A stretch of DNA of 64,000 bases, taken from Deltaproteobacteria bacterium. Lineage in GTDB: Bacteria; Myxococcota_A; Polyangia; Polyangiales; Houyiibacteriaceae. The position numbers and the translations under genes were made by a program. The stretch covers positions 1 through 64,000 of the forward strand of contig JAXMNT010000003.1 of assembly GCA_034670305.1 (NCBI GenBank), read 5' to 3'. Of this stretch, positions 1 to 9,440 are shown piece by piece (position 1 is the first letter of the stretch; every line of letters starts with the position of its first letter). The notes below the pieces were generated by a model. It was not told the DNA's origin. It saw only the letters and a program-made list of their open reading frames with translations, and did no database searches.

Positions 1-131
1 AGGTCGTCTCCTGGCTCGAAATCACGGACCGTCGGGCCGAGGCATCGAGGCCCGATATCGAACGGGCTCTCGCCCACCTCGAGCAGGTCGTCGCGATGCT
101 CGTCGCGCTGATCAAGCGATCTGACCACTGA
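1..131 (+). CDS. Partial (3' end) four-helix-bundle protein (23S rRNA IVP/Avd-like family)
   Basis: My translation from nt 3 gives VVSWLEITDRRAEASRPDIERALAHLEQVVAMLVALIKRSDH*, resembling the last two helices of this family (E..xxL.I ... L.qv.aML..Li). The N-terminus lies outside the window. Confidence 0.55.
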   Translation, partial: VVSWLEITDRRAEASRPDIERALAHLEQVVAMLVALIKRSDH

Positions 132-136
132 TCCGC

Positions 137-172
137 GGGCAAGGGCAAAGGCAAGGGCAGGGGCAAGGGGCA
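137..172. repeat. Short GGGCAA/GGGCAG hexamer tract
   Basis: GGGCAA GGGCAA AGGCAA GGGCAG GGGCAA, starting 5 nt after the stop at 131. Confidence 0.8.
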
Positions 173-215
173 GGCTGCGAGAACGCCCTGCGGGCGTTCT
201 TCAGCAACCTGCTAG
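170..215. repeat. Imperfect inverted repeat/hairpin ending in CTAG
   Basis: GCAGGCTGCGAGAACGCCC-tgc-GGGCGTTCTTCAGCAACCTGC, overlapping CTAG at 212-215. Confidence 0.7.
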
Positions 216-258
216 TGGAGCACGTCGTCGCGGTGGAGTGACGGCGCGGCTGAGGCTC

Positions 259-418
259 CGAAGCCGACCGAAGCCGATGCCGATGCCGAAGCTGATGCCG
301 AAGCCGATCCCGACGCCGAAGCCGAGCCCGAGGCCGAAGCCGATCCCGACGCCGAAGCCGAACCCGACGCCAAGCCGATCCCGACGCCGCCGACCCCCAA
401 GCGAAGCCGAAGCCGACG
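259..418. repeat. Degenerate hexamer tract A, (G/C)CCGAN
   Basis: Tandem GCCGAA/GCCGAT/CCCGAC/GCCGAG units in intergenic DNA. Confidence 0.9.
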
Positions 419-577
419 GCTGCTCCCCGCCGACGCCGATCCGGTGGGCAGTCGACCCGGCGGGCCGTGCCCATGGTCCGGTTGGCAGGGGCTCCATTCG
501 TGCTAGTTCCACGCTCTTGTCCGTCGGACGCTGGCTCGCCGCACACGGCCAGCCCGTCTCGACCGCTCGGAGCTCAC

Positions 578-3046
578 ATGTCCGACCGATCCCCTGCCTC
601 CCCGCCCACCACTGGCAAGCCGAGCGGACCCCCCGCAGGCACCGATGCGTCGCACCCCGTCGAGACCGACGCGGAGATGGTCGAGATCGTCGAACAAGAG
701 GAGAAGGTCCTTCGGCGCGTCTCCCGAACGGTGTCTGCCAAACGGCCCACCGCGCGCACGATGACGGCCGACTACGACGCGGAGCTCTTGGCCCTCCGCG
801 ACCAGATCCACGACGCGCGCAACGAGGACATTCCGCCGCTCATCGAGGAGATGGAGCGGCTTCAGCAGGTGGCGATCCGGCGCGCGAAGGTCACCGAGGG
901 CGTGGTCGATCCGATGTCGCCCTACTTCGGTCGGCTGGTGCTGGAAGAGGACGACCGCAAACGCGAAGTGCTCATCGGGCGCAGTACGTTCCTCGACCCG
1001 AAGACCGGCGTGCGCATCGTCGATTGGCGCGACGCACCGGTGAGCCGGATCTACTACCGGTACGAAGAAGGCGACGACTACGAGGAGACGTTCGGCGACC
1101 GCGAGGTCGAGGGCGAAGTCTTGGTGCGGCGGTCGCTCGGCGTCGGCGCCGGCAAACTCAAGCGCATCGGTTGCCCACAGGGCGTGTTCATCAAGAAGCT
1201 GGACGGAACCTGGCGGCGGAGCGGCGCGGCAGCGGCGGCGCTCGCGGGCGGTCAGGGTGCCGCGATGCGGCCCGAGAAGCACAAGTCGCCGGCCGAACGT
1301 TTGGGCACGGGCGCCGACGAGGACATGCGGGGCGAGGACAAGACGCTCGCAGAGATCACGGCGCTCATCGATGCGCGCCAGTTCGAACTCATCTCGAAGC
1401 CGACCTCGGGACTCGTCGTGATTCAGGGCGGCGCGGGCAGTGGCAAGACCACCATCGGCTTGCACCGTCTGGCATACCTCGCGTTCCAGGACCGCCACCG
1501 CTTCCGCGCCGACAACATGCTGGTCGTGGTCTTCAACGACGCGCTCGTTCGGTACATCTCGCGGGTGCTTCCCGCGCTCGGGGTCGAGAACGTCCCTGTG
1601 ATGACCTACGAGCGTTGGGCGGCGCGCGTGCGCGACGCCCACGTGGCGCATCTGCCACGCCAGTACGCAGAAAACACGCCTTCGGTCGTCACGCGGCTGA
1701 AGAAGCACGCGGTGATGCTGCGGCTCATCGATGGCTTCGCCCAGGAGATCGCCGACGACTTCGAAGCGGCAATCGTCGATGCGTCCAAACGCGTCGACGG
1801 AGGTGGCAAGGCGCTCCGCGAATGGCGCGAGACCGCTGGCCGTCCGCCGGGTGTCCGCATCGCCGAGCTCGCGCGCTTCCTCAAAGACGACAAGACCGGT
1901 GGCAAGCTGCCGCTCGAGAGTCGACACGCGATCGAACGCGCGCTCGAGCGGGTGCGCGGCAAGACGGAAGACATCGCGGGCGTCTGGTCCGAGATCCTCA
2001 CCGACCGCAAGCGCATTCATGCAGCGTTCGCCGAAGCGGGCGCCACCGAACTCACCAAGACGGAGATCGACTGGGCCGTCTCGTGGTGTGAGCAGCAGAT
2101 CCCTGGTGCGCTCCACCACCGCGACGAACGCGTGGAAGCGATCCTCGATGGGGAGACGCACAAGCCGACCCGGACCACCGGGGCCGACGGTCGGGACGAA
2201 GAAGAGGTCGCGGTGCTCGACCGCGAGGACGACGCGATCTTGCTGCGGCTCTACCAACGCATCGTCGGGCCGCTCCGCCGCAAGCGAGCGCGGCTGACCT
2301 ACGAACACATCTTCGTCGACGAGACGCAAGACATCAGCCCCCTCGAGCTGGCCGTTGTGCTCGAAACGGCCGCGAAGCGGCGGAACGACGGCACGACGTC
2401 GAGCGGCAGTGTGACCCTCGCCGGCGACGTGGCGCAGCGGCTCTACATGGACAACGGGTTCTCCGACTGGAAGCAGGTGCTCGAAGAGCTCGGCCTGGCC
2501 CATGTGGAGATCGAACCGCTCATGCTCAGCTACCGGTCCACCCACGAGATCCTCGACTTCGCGCACGCGGTGCTCGGACCGCTCCAAACCGAACGCGGCG
2601 GGCGGGCGATCCGCCACGGCGCTCCGGTCGAGCTCTTCCGGTTCACGAGCAGTGGCGAAGGCGTCGCGTTCTTGAGCGAAGCACTCCGCAACCTCACCCG
2701 CAGCGAACCGCTCTCCTCGATCGCAGTCATCGCCCGCTACGCGGAGCAAGCCGACATGTGGTTCAAGGGGTTGGTCCGCGGCGAGGTGCCCAACATCCGC
2801 CGCATCGCCGAACAAGACTTCCCGTTCCGGCCCGGCATCGACGTCACCGACGTGCGCCAGGTGAAGGGCCTCGAGTTCGACTACGTGATCCTCGTGGAAG
2901 CGGCGACCGCGTCGTTTCCCGAGGACGACGAGTCGCGCCACCTGATGCACATCGCAGCGACCCGCGCCGCGCACCAGCTCTGGGTCCTGTCCACCGGCAC
3001 GCCGTCCGCGCTCATCCCGGACGACCTGCGGCAACAAGTGCTCTGA
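578..3046 (+). CDS. HelD-like SF1 (UvrD-family) ATPase/helicase
   Basis: SPYFGRL, IVDWRDAPVSRIYY, Walker A IQGGAGSGKTTIGLHRLAYL, VDETQD, SYRST, KGLEFD, ATRA. GGAG precedes ATG578. Confidence 0.85.
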   Translation: MSDRSPASPPTTGKPSGPPAGTDASHPVETDAEMVEIVEQEEKVLRRVSRTVSAKRPTARTMTADYDAELLALRDQIHDARNEDIPPLIEEMERLQQVAIRRAKVTEGVVDPMSPYFGRLVLEEDDRKREVLIGRSTFLDPKTGVRIVDWRDAPVSRIYYRYEEGDDYEETFGDREVEGEVLVRRSLGVGAGKLKRIGCPQGVFIKKLDGTWRRSGAAAAALAGGQGAAMRPEKHKSPAERLGTGADEDMRGEDKTLAEITALIDARQFELISKPTSGLVVIQGGAGSGKTTIGLHRLAYLAFQDRHRFRADNMLVVVFNDALVRYISRVLPALGVENVPVMTYERWAARVRDAHVAHLPRQYAENTPSVVTRLKKHAVMLRLIDGFAQEIADDFEAAIVDASKRVDGGGKALREWRETAGRPPGVRIAELARFLKDDKTGGKLPLESRHAIERALERVRGKTEDIAGVWSEILTDRKRIHAAFAEAGATELTKTEIDWAVSWCEQQIPGALHHRDERVEAILDGETHKPTRTTGADGRDEEEVAVLDREDDAILLRLYQRIVGPLRRKRARLTYEHIFVDETQDISPLELAVVLETAAKRRNDGTTSSGSVTLAGDVAQRLYMDNGFSDWKQVLEELGLAHVEIEPLMLSYRSTHEILDFAHAVLGPLQTERGGRAIRHGAPVELFRFTSSGEGVAFLSEALRNLTRSEPLSSIAVIARYAEQADMWFKGLVRGEVPNIRRIAEQDFPFRPGIDVTDVRQVKGLEFDYVILVEAATASFPEDDESRHLMHIAATRAAHQLWVLSTGTPSALIPDDLRQQVL

Positions 3047-3048
3047 GC

Positions 3049-4722
3049 ATGGCGCTCGCGTGGCAGACGCTGGCCCCGGACATTCGGCCGGAGTGGGTGC
3101 TCTACGACCAGGACGGGATCCTCGCGATCGACAAACCCGCGGGGGTCTCGTCGCAAGCGGCCGACGCGGACGCCCCCGACGACATCGTCGCGCGTCTTCG
3201 CAGTTGGCTCGGCCCGGACGCGTACGTGGGCGTGCACCAGCGTCTCGACCAAGAGACGTCCGGGGTGCTGGTGTTCGTCCGGGACCCGGCCCGCAACGCC
3301 GCGGTCGCCCGCGCCTTTGAAACACGGACGGCGACCAAAGAGTACATCGCGGCCGTGGTGGGGTGGCAGGGCGGCGCGCGCACGCTGCGGCATCGACTGA
3401 AACGATCCCGAGGCCGGGTGTTCGTGGCCAAGGGAAAACAGGATGGCAAGGAAGCCATCACCCACGTCGAGGTGCTCGAGCGCCGCGGCAACCGGCACCT
3501 GCTCCGACTCAAGATCGAAACGGGCCGCACCCATCAGATCCGAGTGCAGCTCGCCGAGTCCGGTGCGCCGATCGTCGGCGACGCCATGTACGGCGGCGCG
3601 CCGGCGTCGCGTCTCTTTCTCCATGCGCAGCGGCTGCAGCTTCCGCTCGACGACACACCGTCGGGCAGTGGATCTTCCGGAAGTGCTGTGCTCGATCTCG
3701 CGAGCCCGGTACCAGCCGAGTTCTCCGAGTGGCTGAAGGGAGAGGCGTCGCCGTACGCGTCGCTGGATCGCCTCCTGCGACGCGCGCTCGATCGGCGCTG
3801 GATCCTGACCCGCGCCGCGATGGCTGGAGAGACGACCTGCTTCCGATGGATCGATGCGGACGGCGACGGACTGCCCGGGGTCGAAGTCGATCTCTACGGC
3901 GGGCACGCAGTGCTCCACCTCAAAGACGACGCGGCACCGCACGAAGAGGCGCTGCTCGATGCGATCGAACGCGCGGGCGTGCCGGACATCTACGTGAAGC
4001 GGCGTCCGCTGCACGCGAACCTCGCGCGCGACGAGGTCGACACGATCGCGCCCCCCGAACCAGTGCGCGGCGCCCCAGCGCCCGCCGAACTCGCGGTGCG
4101 GGAGTACGGCGTCGAGTACCACGTGCGGCTCGGCGACGGGCTCGGCACCGGCCTCTTCCTCGATGCCCGCGAAGCTCGACACCGGGTGCTCTCCCACGCG
4201 TCCGACCAACGCGTGCTCAACCTCTTCGCGTATTGCGGTGGCTTCTCGATCGCGGCCGCGGCGGCCGGCGCGACCGAAGTGCTCAGCGTGGATGGTTCCC
4301 GCACCTACCTCGACCGCGCGCGCAGCGGCGTGCAACACATCGCCCCGACCCTCGAACACCGCGTCTGGAAAGACGATTGCTTCGAAGTGCTCGCACGCCT
4401 GGTGCGTCGCGAAGACCGGTTCGGCCTGGTGATCTGCGACCCGCCCACCCATTCGACGAGCAAGAAACACCGCTGGCGCTCCGGCCGCGGCTGGGTTCAG
4501 TTGCTCGAAGACTGCTTCGCGGTCTGCGAACCCGGCGGCCACGTCCTCGCCTGCAGCAACGACGCGCGCATGACCCGCACCGACTTCCGCCGCTTCGCCG
4601 AGGAAGCCGCCGAAAAGGCGCGCCTCCGCATCCGCATCGGCGGCGTCGGCCGCTCGGTCGACCTCCCACGCCGAGGCAACGACCACCCCTTCAAGAAACT
4701 CTGGATCACCCTCACCGGCTGA
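3049..4722 (+). CDS. Fused RluA-family pseudouridine synthase and RlmI/RlmK-like SAM-dependent methyltransferase
   Basis: N-half: [38 protein letters not shown]-half: [28 protein letters not shown]. Starts 2 nt after the helicase stop. Confidence 0.85.
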   Translation: MALAWQTLAPDIRPEWVLYDQDGILAIDKPAGVSSQAADADAPDDIVARLRSWLGPDAYVGVHQRLDQETSGVLVFVRDPARNAAVARAFETRTATKEYIAAVVGWQGGARTLRHRLKRSRGRVFVAKGKQDGKEAITHVEVLERRGNRHLLRLKIETGRTHQIRVQLAESGAPIVGDAMYGGAPASRLFLHAQRLQLPLDDTPSGSGSSGSAVLDLASPVPAEFSEWLKGEASPYASLDRLLRRALDRRWILTRAAMAGETTCFRWIDADGDGLPGVEVDLYGGHAVLHLKDDAAPHEEALLDAIERAGVPDIYVKRRPLHANLARDEVDTIAPPEPVRGAPAPAELAVREYGVEYHVRLGDGLGTGLFLDAREARHRVLSHASDQRVLNLFAYCGGFSIAAAAAGATEVLSVDGSRTYLDRARSGVQHIAPTLEHRVWKDDCFEVLARLVRREDRFGLVICDPPTHSTSKKHRWRSGRGWVQLLEDCFAVCEPGGHVLACSNDARMTRTDFRRFAEEAAEKARLRIRIGGVGRSVDLPRRGNDHPFKKLWITLTG

Positions 4723-4734
4723 CGGAAGCAGCGG

Positions 4735-4949
4735 GCGGAAGCGGAAGCGGCAGCGGCGGCGGAAGCGTGCCTCGGATTCGGCTTCGGCTTCGGCGTCGGC
4801 TTCGGCTTCGGATTCGGCTTCGGATTCGGCTTCGGATTCGGCTTCGGCTTCGGCTTCGGCTTCGGCTTCGGATTCGGATTCGGATTCGGATTCGGATTCG
4901 GATTCGGCTTCGGGATCGGCTTCGGCTTCGGCGTCGGCTTCGGATCGGC
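4735..4949. repeat. Hexamer tract B1, GCGGAA units then TTCGGC/TTCGGA units
   Basis: Long pure run of TTCGGC/TTCGGA (reverse complement GCCGAA/TCCGAA) between convergent genes. Confidence 0.95.
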
Positions 4950-4963
4950 TGGAACGGCTTCGC

Positions 4964-5170
4964 CACCAGCGACAGAACCAGCAGCAGAGTCACCAACAGC
5001 ACCAGAATCAGCGACAGCACCAGAATCAGAATCAGAATCAGAATCAGCAGCAGAATCAGCGACAGCACCAGAGTCACCAACAGCAGCAGCAGAATCAGCG
5101 CGCAGCAGAATCAGCGACTGCAGCAGAATCAGCGACTGCAGCAGAATCAGCGACCGCAGCAGAACCAGCG
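4964..5170. repeat. Tract B2, CAGAAT/CAGCAG hexamers with an 18-bp higher-order repeat
   Basis: (CAGAAT)n at about 5021-5045; GCAGCAGAATCAGCGAC(T/C) about 3.5 times at 5102-5170. Confidence 0.9.
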
Positions 5171-5194
5171 GTCAGCCGCGCGCCCTACCCGCCC

Positions 5195-5530
5195 CTACTC
5201 CGGCGACTCGTCCGTCGGCGTCTCCGCACCAGCCGGCGGCTCTCCGCCGTCCTCGGGCACCCAGGCCGTCGCGGCGAGGTCGCCCTCTTCGATGCCGAGC
5301 CAGATCTTGAGCTGCTTGATCATGAACTCGGTGCCCTGCTTGCTCGAGAGGTCGACGCGGTACGTGTTGATGTACCGGACGCTCTCGGTGAGCCACATGT
5401 CCCAGGCTTCCTTCGAGACCTGCTCGTAGATCATCTTCCCGAAATCGGTCGGGAACGGCGCGCGCTTCAATCCAGGGAGCGACTTGCCCAACTTGATGCA
5501 ATCGACGAGACGGGGAGTGGCTTCGGGCAT
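5195..5530 (-). CDS. yggX: Fe(II)-trafficking/oxidative damage protection protein YggX
   Basis: RLVDCIKLGKSLPGL..PFP...GKMIYEQVSKEAWDMW.....YINTYRVDL. Confidence 0.9.
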   Translation of the reverse strand: MPEATPRLVDCIKLGKSLPGLKRAPFPTDFGKMIYEQVSKEAWDMWLTESVRYINTYRVDLSSKQGTEFMIKQLKIWLGIEEGDLAATAWVPEDGGEPPAGAETPTDESPE

Positions 5531-5609
5531 GGCCCGGTCCTACGGCCCCTCGCCCGCTTGTGCAAGGCCGCGCAGAGCCCCACCCGGGCAGCCTCGGCCA
5601 AAGTGGGGT

Positions 5610-6656
5610 TCAGTCGGCGATCGTCACGTTGATCGCGGCGCGGGAACCGTCGGCGCCGAGCGCAGCCGAGCGGTTCCCGACCGTGACGGTCCATCCGTCC
5701 AGGTCCTCGACCGACTCGTTCACGACGTGGGCGGTGAAGGTCACCGAGTTCGCCGAGTCGAACGACATCAGCGCCGCGGCGGGCACGGTCAACGACCCGC
5801 CGCCGACCGCGGTCCGGCAGGTGAGCGTCGTACTCCCGGTGCCCATGTCGGCGCGGAAGAACGAAGCGACCATCTCGCCCTCCCCGACTCCGTCCACCGG
5901 CCAGCTCAAGGCAAGATCCATCGAGCGACTCAGTGAAGCAGACGGCAGCGTGATGACTGGCTGGGAGGTACCGGTCAGCGCCACCCCGAACATGGGCACG
6001 TCCGCACCCGCGGTGCTCCGGAACATCAGGGTCGCGTCGGAGCTCGTCCAAAGCTGGCTCGCGCCGCTCGCAGGCGAGTACCGGCCCGTCGCGTCGGCGG
6101 TCAGGGTGATGGCCACGGTGCCGCCAGTGACTTGGATCGTGCCGGCGTTCGGGAGCACCTCGCCCGGGCCCGCGTCGACGGGGGCGGCATCGGTGCCCGC
6201 GTCGGGCGGACCTTCCACACCCGAGTCCACACCCGCATCCATCGGCGGGGGTGTCGTGTCGGCGCAGGTCCGAAGGGAACAGCCGCCCACCAACGTGGTG
6301 GTGCACGGGTCGGTCGCCTCCGGGTCGGTGACGCTGAAGAACGCCACGACCGAATGGGAGGGCGCGCCGGCGACCAACTCGCTCGTCGCCGTCACACTGC
6401 CGACCCCCATGACGGTCGGGCCGGTGTCTGTGCCGGCGTCCGCGGGGCCACCGGTGTCTTCGTCTCCAGAGTCCACCGGCGGGCCGACGTCGACCGACGC
6501 GTCGACCGGTTCACCGATCATCACGCATTGGTTCTCGGTGCATCGCTGACCGAGGTTGCAATCGGTGTCGATCGCACACTGGGCATCGCTGCCGCATCCA
6601 ACGAGGGACGCACACAGGGTGAGCAGGGAGAAGAGAGTCCAAGAGCCGCGCTGCAT
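5610..6656 (-). CDS. Hypothetical lipoprotein with a Cys-rich N-terminal motif and DAG linkers
   Basis: Signal peptide and lipobox LVGC, CAIDTDC..C....C, DAG-rich linkers. Confidence 0.75.
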   Translation of the reverse strand: MQRGSWTLFSLLTLCASLVGCGSDAQCAIDTDCNLGQRCTENQCVMIGEPVDASVDVGPPVDSGDEDTGGPADAGTDTGPTVMGVGSVTATSELVAGAPSHSVVAFFSVTDPEATDPCTTTLVGGCSLRTCADTTPPPMDAGVDSGVEGPPDAGTDAAPVDAGPGEVLPNAGTIQVTGGTVAITLTADATGRYSPASGASQLWTSSDATLMFRSTAGADVPMFGVALTGTSQPVITLPSASLSRSMDLALSWPVDGVGEGEMVASFFRADMGTGSTTLTCRTAVGGGSLTVPAAALMSFDSANSVTFTAHVVNESVEDLDGWTVTVGNRSAALGADGSRAAINVTIAD

Positions 6657-6660
6657 GAGG

Positions 6661-7662
6661 TCAGGGTACCATGCCGCGACTGCGGAAGTAGGCGATCGCG
6701 TCCCGGATCGTGGCGTCGATCGGGCGGTAGCTGGCGCCGAGCTCGTTCACGGTCTTGGCGTTGTCGAAGTAGCTCGGGACCAGGCTGTATTCGAAGAAGT
6801 CCCGCGCAAGAAGCGGCTCTTCGCCCTTGCGCTCCGCCGCCATGCCCATGGCGATCACCGCGGCGCGGGCCACGGTCGTGGGCACCTTCACGAGCCGCCT
6901 GGGCCGGCCGGATGCGTTCCCGATCGCGACGAGCAACTCGTGGTTCGAGAGGTTGTGCGCGCTCGCGACGTAGCGCTCTCCCGATCGGCCCTGTTCCGCC
7001 ACCAAACAGTGCACCTCCGCGGCGTCGCGCACATCCACGTACGACGCGCCGCCATCGACGTAGATGGGCGGCCCGGTCTCGTTCACGGTGTCGAGGATGA
7101 GTTTGCCGGAGGGTGTGGGCGCGATGTCGCCGGGGCCGAACACGACGCCGGGGCACACGATCCGCACGTCGAGACCCCACGCGGCGAAGTCCTCCGCCAT
7201 CTCGCGCGAGTGGAACTTCGAGCGGCTGTACGGGAAGTCCAGATCCCAGACCCGATACTCGGTCTGCTCGTTGCCGATCGTGCCCACCGGCGGAATGCCA
7301 AGCGAGACGATGCTCGCTGTGTAGACGACCCGCTCGACATCCGCGCGCCGCGACGCCTCGAGCATGTGAAACGTGCCGTGGCTGTTGACCGCGTACATCG
7401 AGCGCGGGTCGGGTGCGTAGGACTTGTAGAGGGCGGCCGCGTGAAAGACCGTGTCCATGCCCGCGACCACGTTCTGACAGGCCTCCGGGTCCAGCACGTT
7501 GCCGCGCACGATCTCTACTTCGAGCCCGTCCACGTTGTCGGTCGGCTCACCGGGCAGCGCGAGGATGCGGACCTCGACGCCCCGCTCCAGCAGCGCTCGG
7601 ACGATGGAGCTGCCGAGGAACCCACACCCACCCGTGACCAATGCGCGCTTCATCGTCGTCAT
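6661..7662 (-). CDS. NAD-dependent epimerase/dehydratase (HpnA/dihydroflavonol reductase-like extended SDR)
   Basis: ALVTGGCGFLG, VFHAAA, YSRSK, VDVRDAA; start refined to MTTMKRAL. Confidence 0.85.
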   Translation of the reverse strand: MTTMKRALVTGGCGFLGSSIVRALLERGVEVRILALPGEPTDNVDGLEVEIVRGNVLDPEACQNVVAGMDTVFHAAALYKSYAPDPRSMYAVNSHGTFHMLEASRRADVERVVYTASIVSLGIPPVGTIGNEQTEYRVWDLDFPYSRSKFHSREMAEDFAAWGLDVRIVCPGVVFGPGDIAPTPSGKLILDTVNETGPPIYVDGGASYVDVRDAAEVHCLVAEQGRSGERYVASAHNLSNHELLVAIGNASGRPRRLVKVPTTVARAAVIAMGMAAERKGEEPLLARDFFEYSLVPSYFDNAKTVNELGASYRPIDATIRDAIAYFRSRGMVP

Positions 7663-7707
7663 GTTCGGGTGGTACCAGCGACCCACGAAAAGCGCTATGG
7701 ACTCCTC

Positions 7708-8274
7708 GTGCCGCTCAAGATCCAGGACCTTCGCGCGAGCCTCGCGACCCGCAAGGCGGACGACCAGCCAGCGGGGCGGCACGCGGCAGTCGCCGCCATC
7801 GTGCACCAGAACGCCAAGGGCACCGATGTGCTCTTGATTCGGCGCGCGGAGCGGGACGGCGATCCCTGGTCCGGCCACATGGGTTTCCCCGGCGGACACC
7901 ACGAACCGAACGACGTCTCGCTGCGACACACCGCGCTGCGGGAGACCTACGAAGAACTCGGCGTCGTGCTCAGCGACGAACACTGGGTCGGCCGGCTCGA
8001 CGACGTACCGACCCACCGCACCGGCATGGTCGTTCGCCCGTTCGTCTTCCAGGTCGAAGACCGCCCGGTGGTCAAACCGAACGGAGAGGTCGCCGAAGTC
8101 TTGTGGGCGTCGCTCGATGGACTCGCCGCGGGACGGCACGACACCGAGCACCCATTCGACGTGAGGGGAACACTGCACCGTTTCCCCGCGTACGACGTGG
8201 AAGGCCGCATCGTCTGGGGTCTCACCTACCGCATGCTGAGGGTGCTGCTCGACCTCTGGCAGCCGACCCCGTAG
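7708..8274 (+). CDS. Nudix hydrolase, CoA pyrophosphatase type
   Basis: LLIRRAER..DPWSGHMGFPGG...D.SLRHTALRETYEELG, IVWGLT; GTG start inferred. Confidence 0.85.
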   Translation: MPLKIQDLRASLATRKADDQPAGRHAAVAAIVHQNAKGTDVLLIRRAERDGDPWSGHMGFPGGHHEPNDVSLRHTALRETYEELGVVLSDEHWVGRLDDVPTHRTGMVVRPFVFQVEDRPVVKPNGEVAEVLWASLDGLAAGRHDTEHPFDVRGTLHRFPAYDVEGRIVWGLTYRMLRVLLDLWQPTP

Positions 8275-8315
8275 CCTCACACTCGGATTCCGATTCTCTC
8301 CGCCCCCAAGGTCCC

Positions 8316-9371
8316 ATGCATCGTCTTGTCCTCCTGAGTGGTCTCGTTGCATTCGTGTTCGGCTGCCAGAAAGACGAAGTCGTCGTGGCGGCGCCCCCGA
8401 TCGCCCCCATCGCGGTGGCGCCAGGCATGCCTGGCCAAGGGGGACCCGGCGTGCCCCTGCCGGTGCCAGGACAGATCGTCAGCAACTTCGGGACCATCAC
8501 CTTGATGCCCGGGTTTCAGCCCGACCCGCACGTCGTCGTCGGGAGCTCCGGCGGCGCGATCCAAGCGAGCAACTTGAACCCCAGCTGCACCGGGTGGATC
8601 GCGCAGCAGCCGGACTTCGTGCTGCAACTGGCCGCGCCCATTCCGAACCTCCGGGTGGTGATCAATGGGGCTGGGGTCGACACCACGCTCGTCGTGCAGC
8701 GGTCGACTGGGGACTACCTCTGCAACGACGACACCGATGGGTTGCACCCGGTGGTGGCCGGACCGTTCGCGGCGGGCATCCACCGCGTCTGGGTGGGCAC
8801 GTACTCGCGCGGCGAACGCGCGTCCTACACGATGGGCGTCAGCCAGCTCGGTCACGTCACGCCGACGACGTTGGTCGGCGGCACACCCGCCGTGCCCGTG
8901 GTGCCGACACCGGGCGCGAACGTGGCGGAACTCGACGTGACCGGTACGAACTCGAACTTCACCGACGTCAACCTGGCGCCCGGATTCTCACCGACCCCAT
9001 TCACGACCACCGGCACCTCGGGCGGCTCGATCGCGGCGGCGGGACTCGGCTCGGGCTGCACCGGCCACATCGCGCGCACCCCCGACCACCTCTTTCAGGC
9101 AACCGGCAACTTCGGGAGCTTGAAGGTGATGATCCAGTCGGAGCAGGACACCACGCTGGTCGTGCGCCGCCCCGACGGAACGTACCTCTGCAACGACGAC
9201 ACCGACGGCTTCAACCCCGCCGTCACCGGCCCCTTCCCGCCGGGCCAGTACCGCATCTGGGTCGGCAGCTACAGCGCGGGCAACAATGGCGCTTACACGA
9301 TCGGCTTCACCGAGAGCGCATCGGGCACCATCAACGGCATCGGGCCGGTCCACCCTCCACGCCCCGGCTGA
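8316..9371 (+). CDS. Lipoprotein with two tandem PPC-like beta-sandwich domains
   Basis: Lipobox VFGC; twice PGF.P.P...G.SGG.I.A......C.G.IA..PD...DTTLVV...G.YLCNDD...G..R.WVG.YS. Confidence 0.75.
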   Translation: MHRLVLLSGLVAFVFGCQKDEVVVAAPPIAPIAVAPGMPGQGGPGVPLPVPGQIVSNFGTITLMPGFQPDPHVVVGSSGGAIQASNLNPSCTGWIAQQPDFVLQLAAPIPNLRVVINGAGVDTTLVVQRSTGDYLCNDDTDGLHPVVAGPFAAGIHRVWVGTYSRGERASYTMGVSQLGHVTPTTLVGGTPAVPVVPTPGANVAELDVTGTNSNFTDVNLAPGFSPTPFTTTGTSGGSIAAAGLGSGCTGHIARTPDHLFQATGNFGSLKVMIQSEQDTTLVVRRPDGTYLCNDDTDGFNPAVTGPFPPGQYRIWVGSYSAGNNGAYTIGFTESASGTINGIGPVHPPRPG

Positions 9372-9440
9372 GCCGCCCCCACAACCTCGCTGGCGAGTTT
9401 GTCGTCTGCAGTCTTTGCCGCGCGACCCTATAGTCCGCGC

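Noticed and set aside
201-512. Low-complexity ORFs over hexamer tracts (GFGFG, ASASA, PKPKP, RLRLR), also at 4712-5080, 16286-16563 and 59700-60101
   Set aside because: They are stop-free readings of 6-nt repeats in several frames at once, with no RBS or domain support
5102-5170. CRISPR-like array
   Set aside because: The 18-bp units are directly tandem with no unique spacers, and there are no cas genes
6661-7662. Hopanoid or sterol cluster around the HpnA-like SDR
   Set aside because: No squalene synthase, cyclase or other hpn genes nearby
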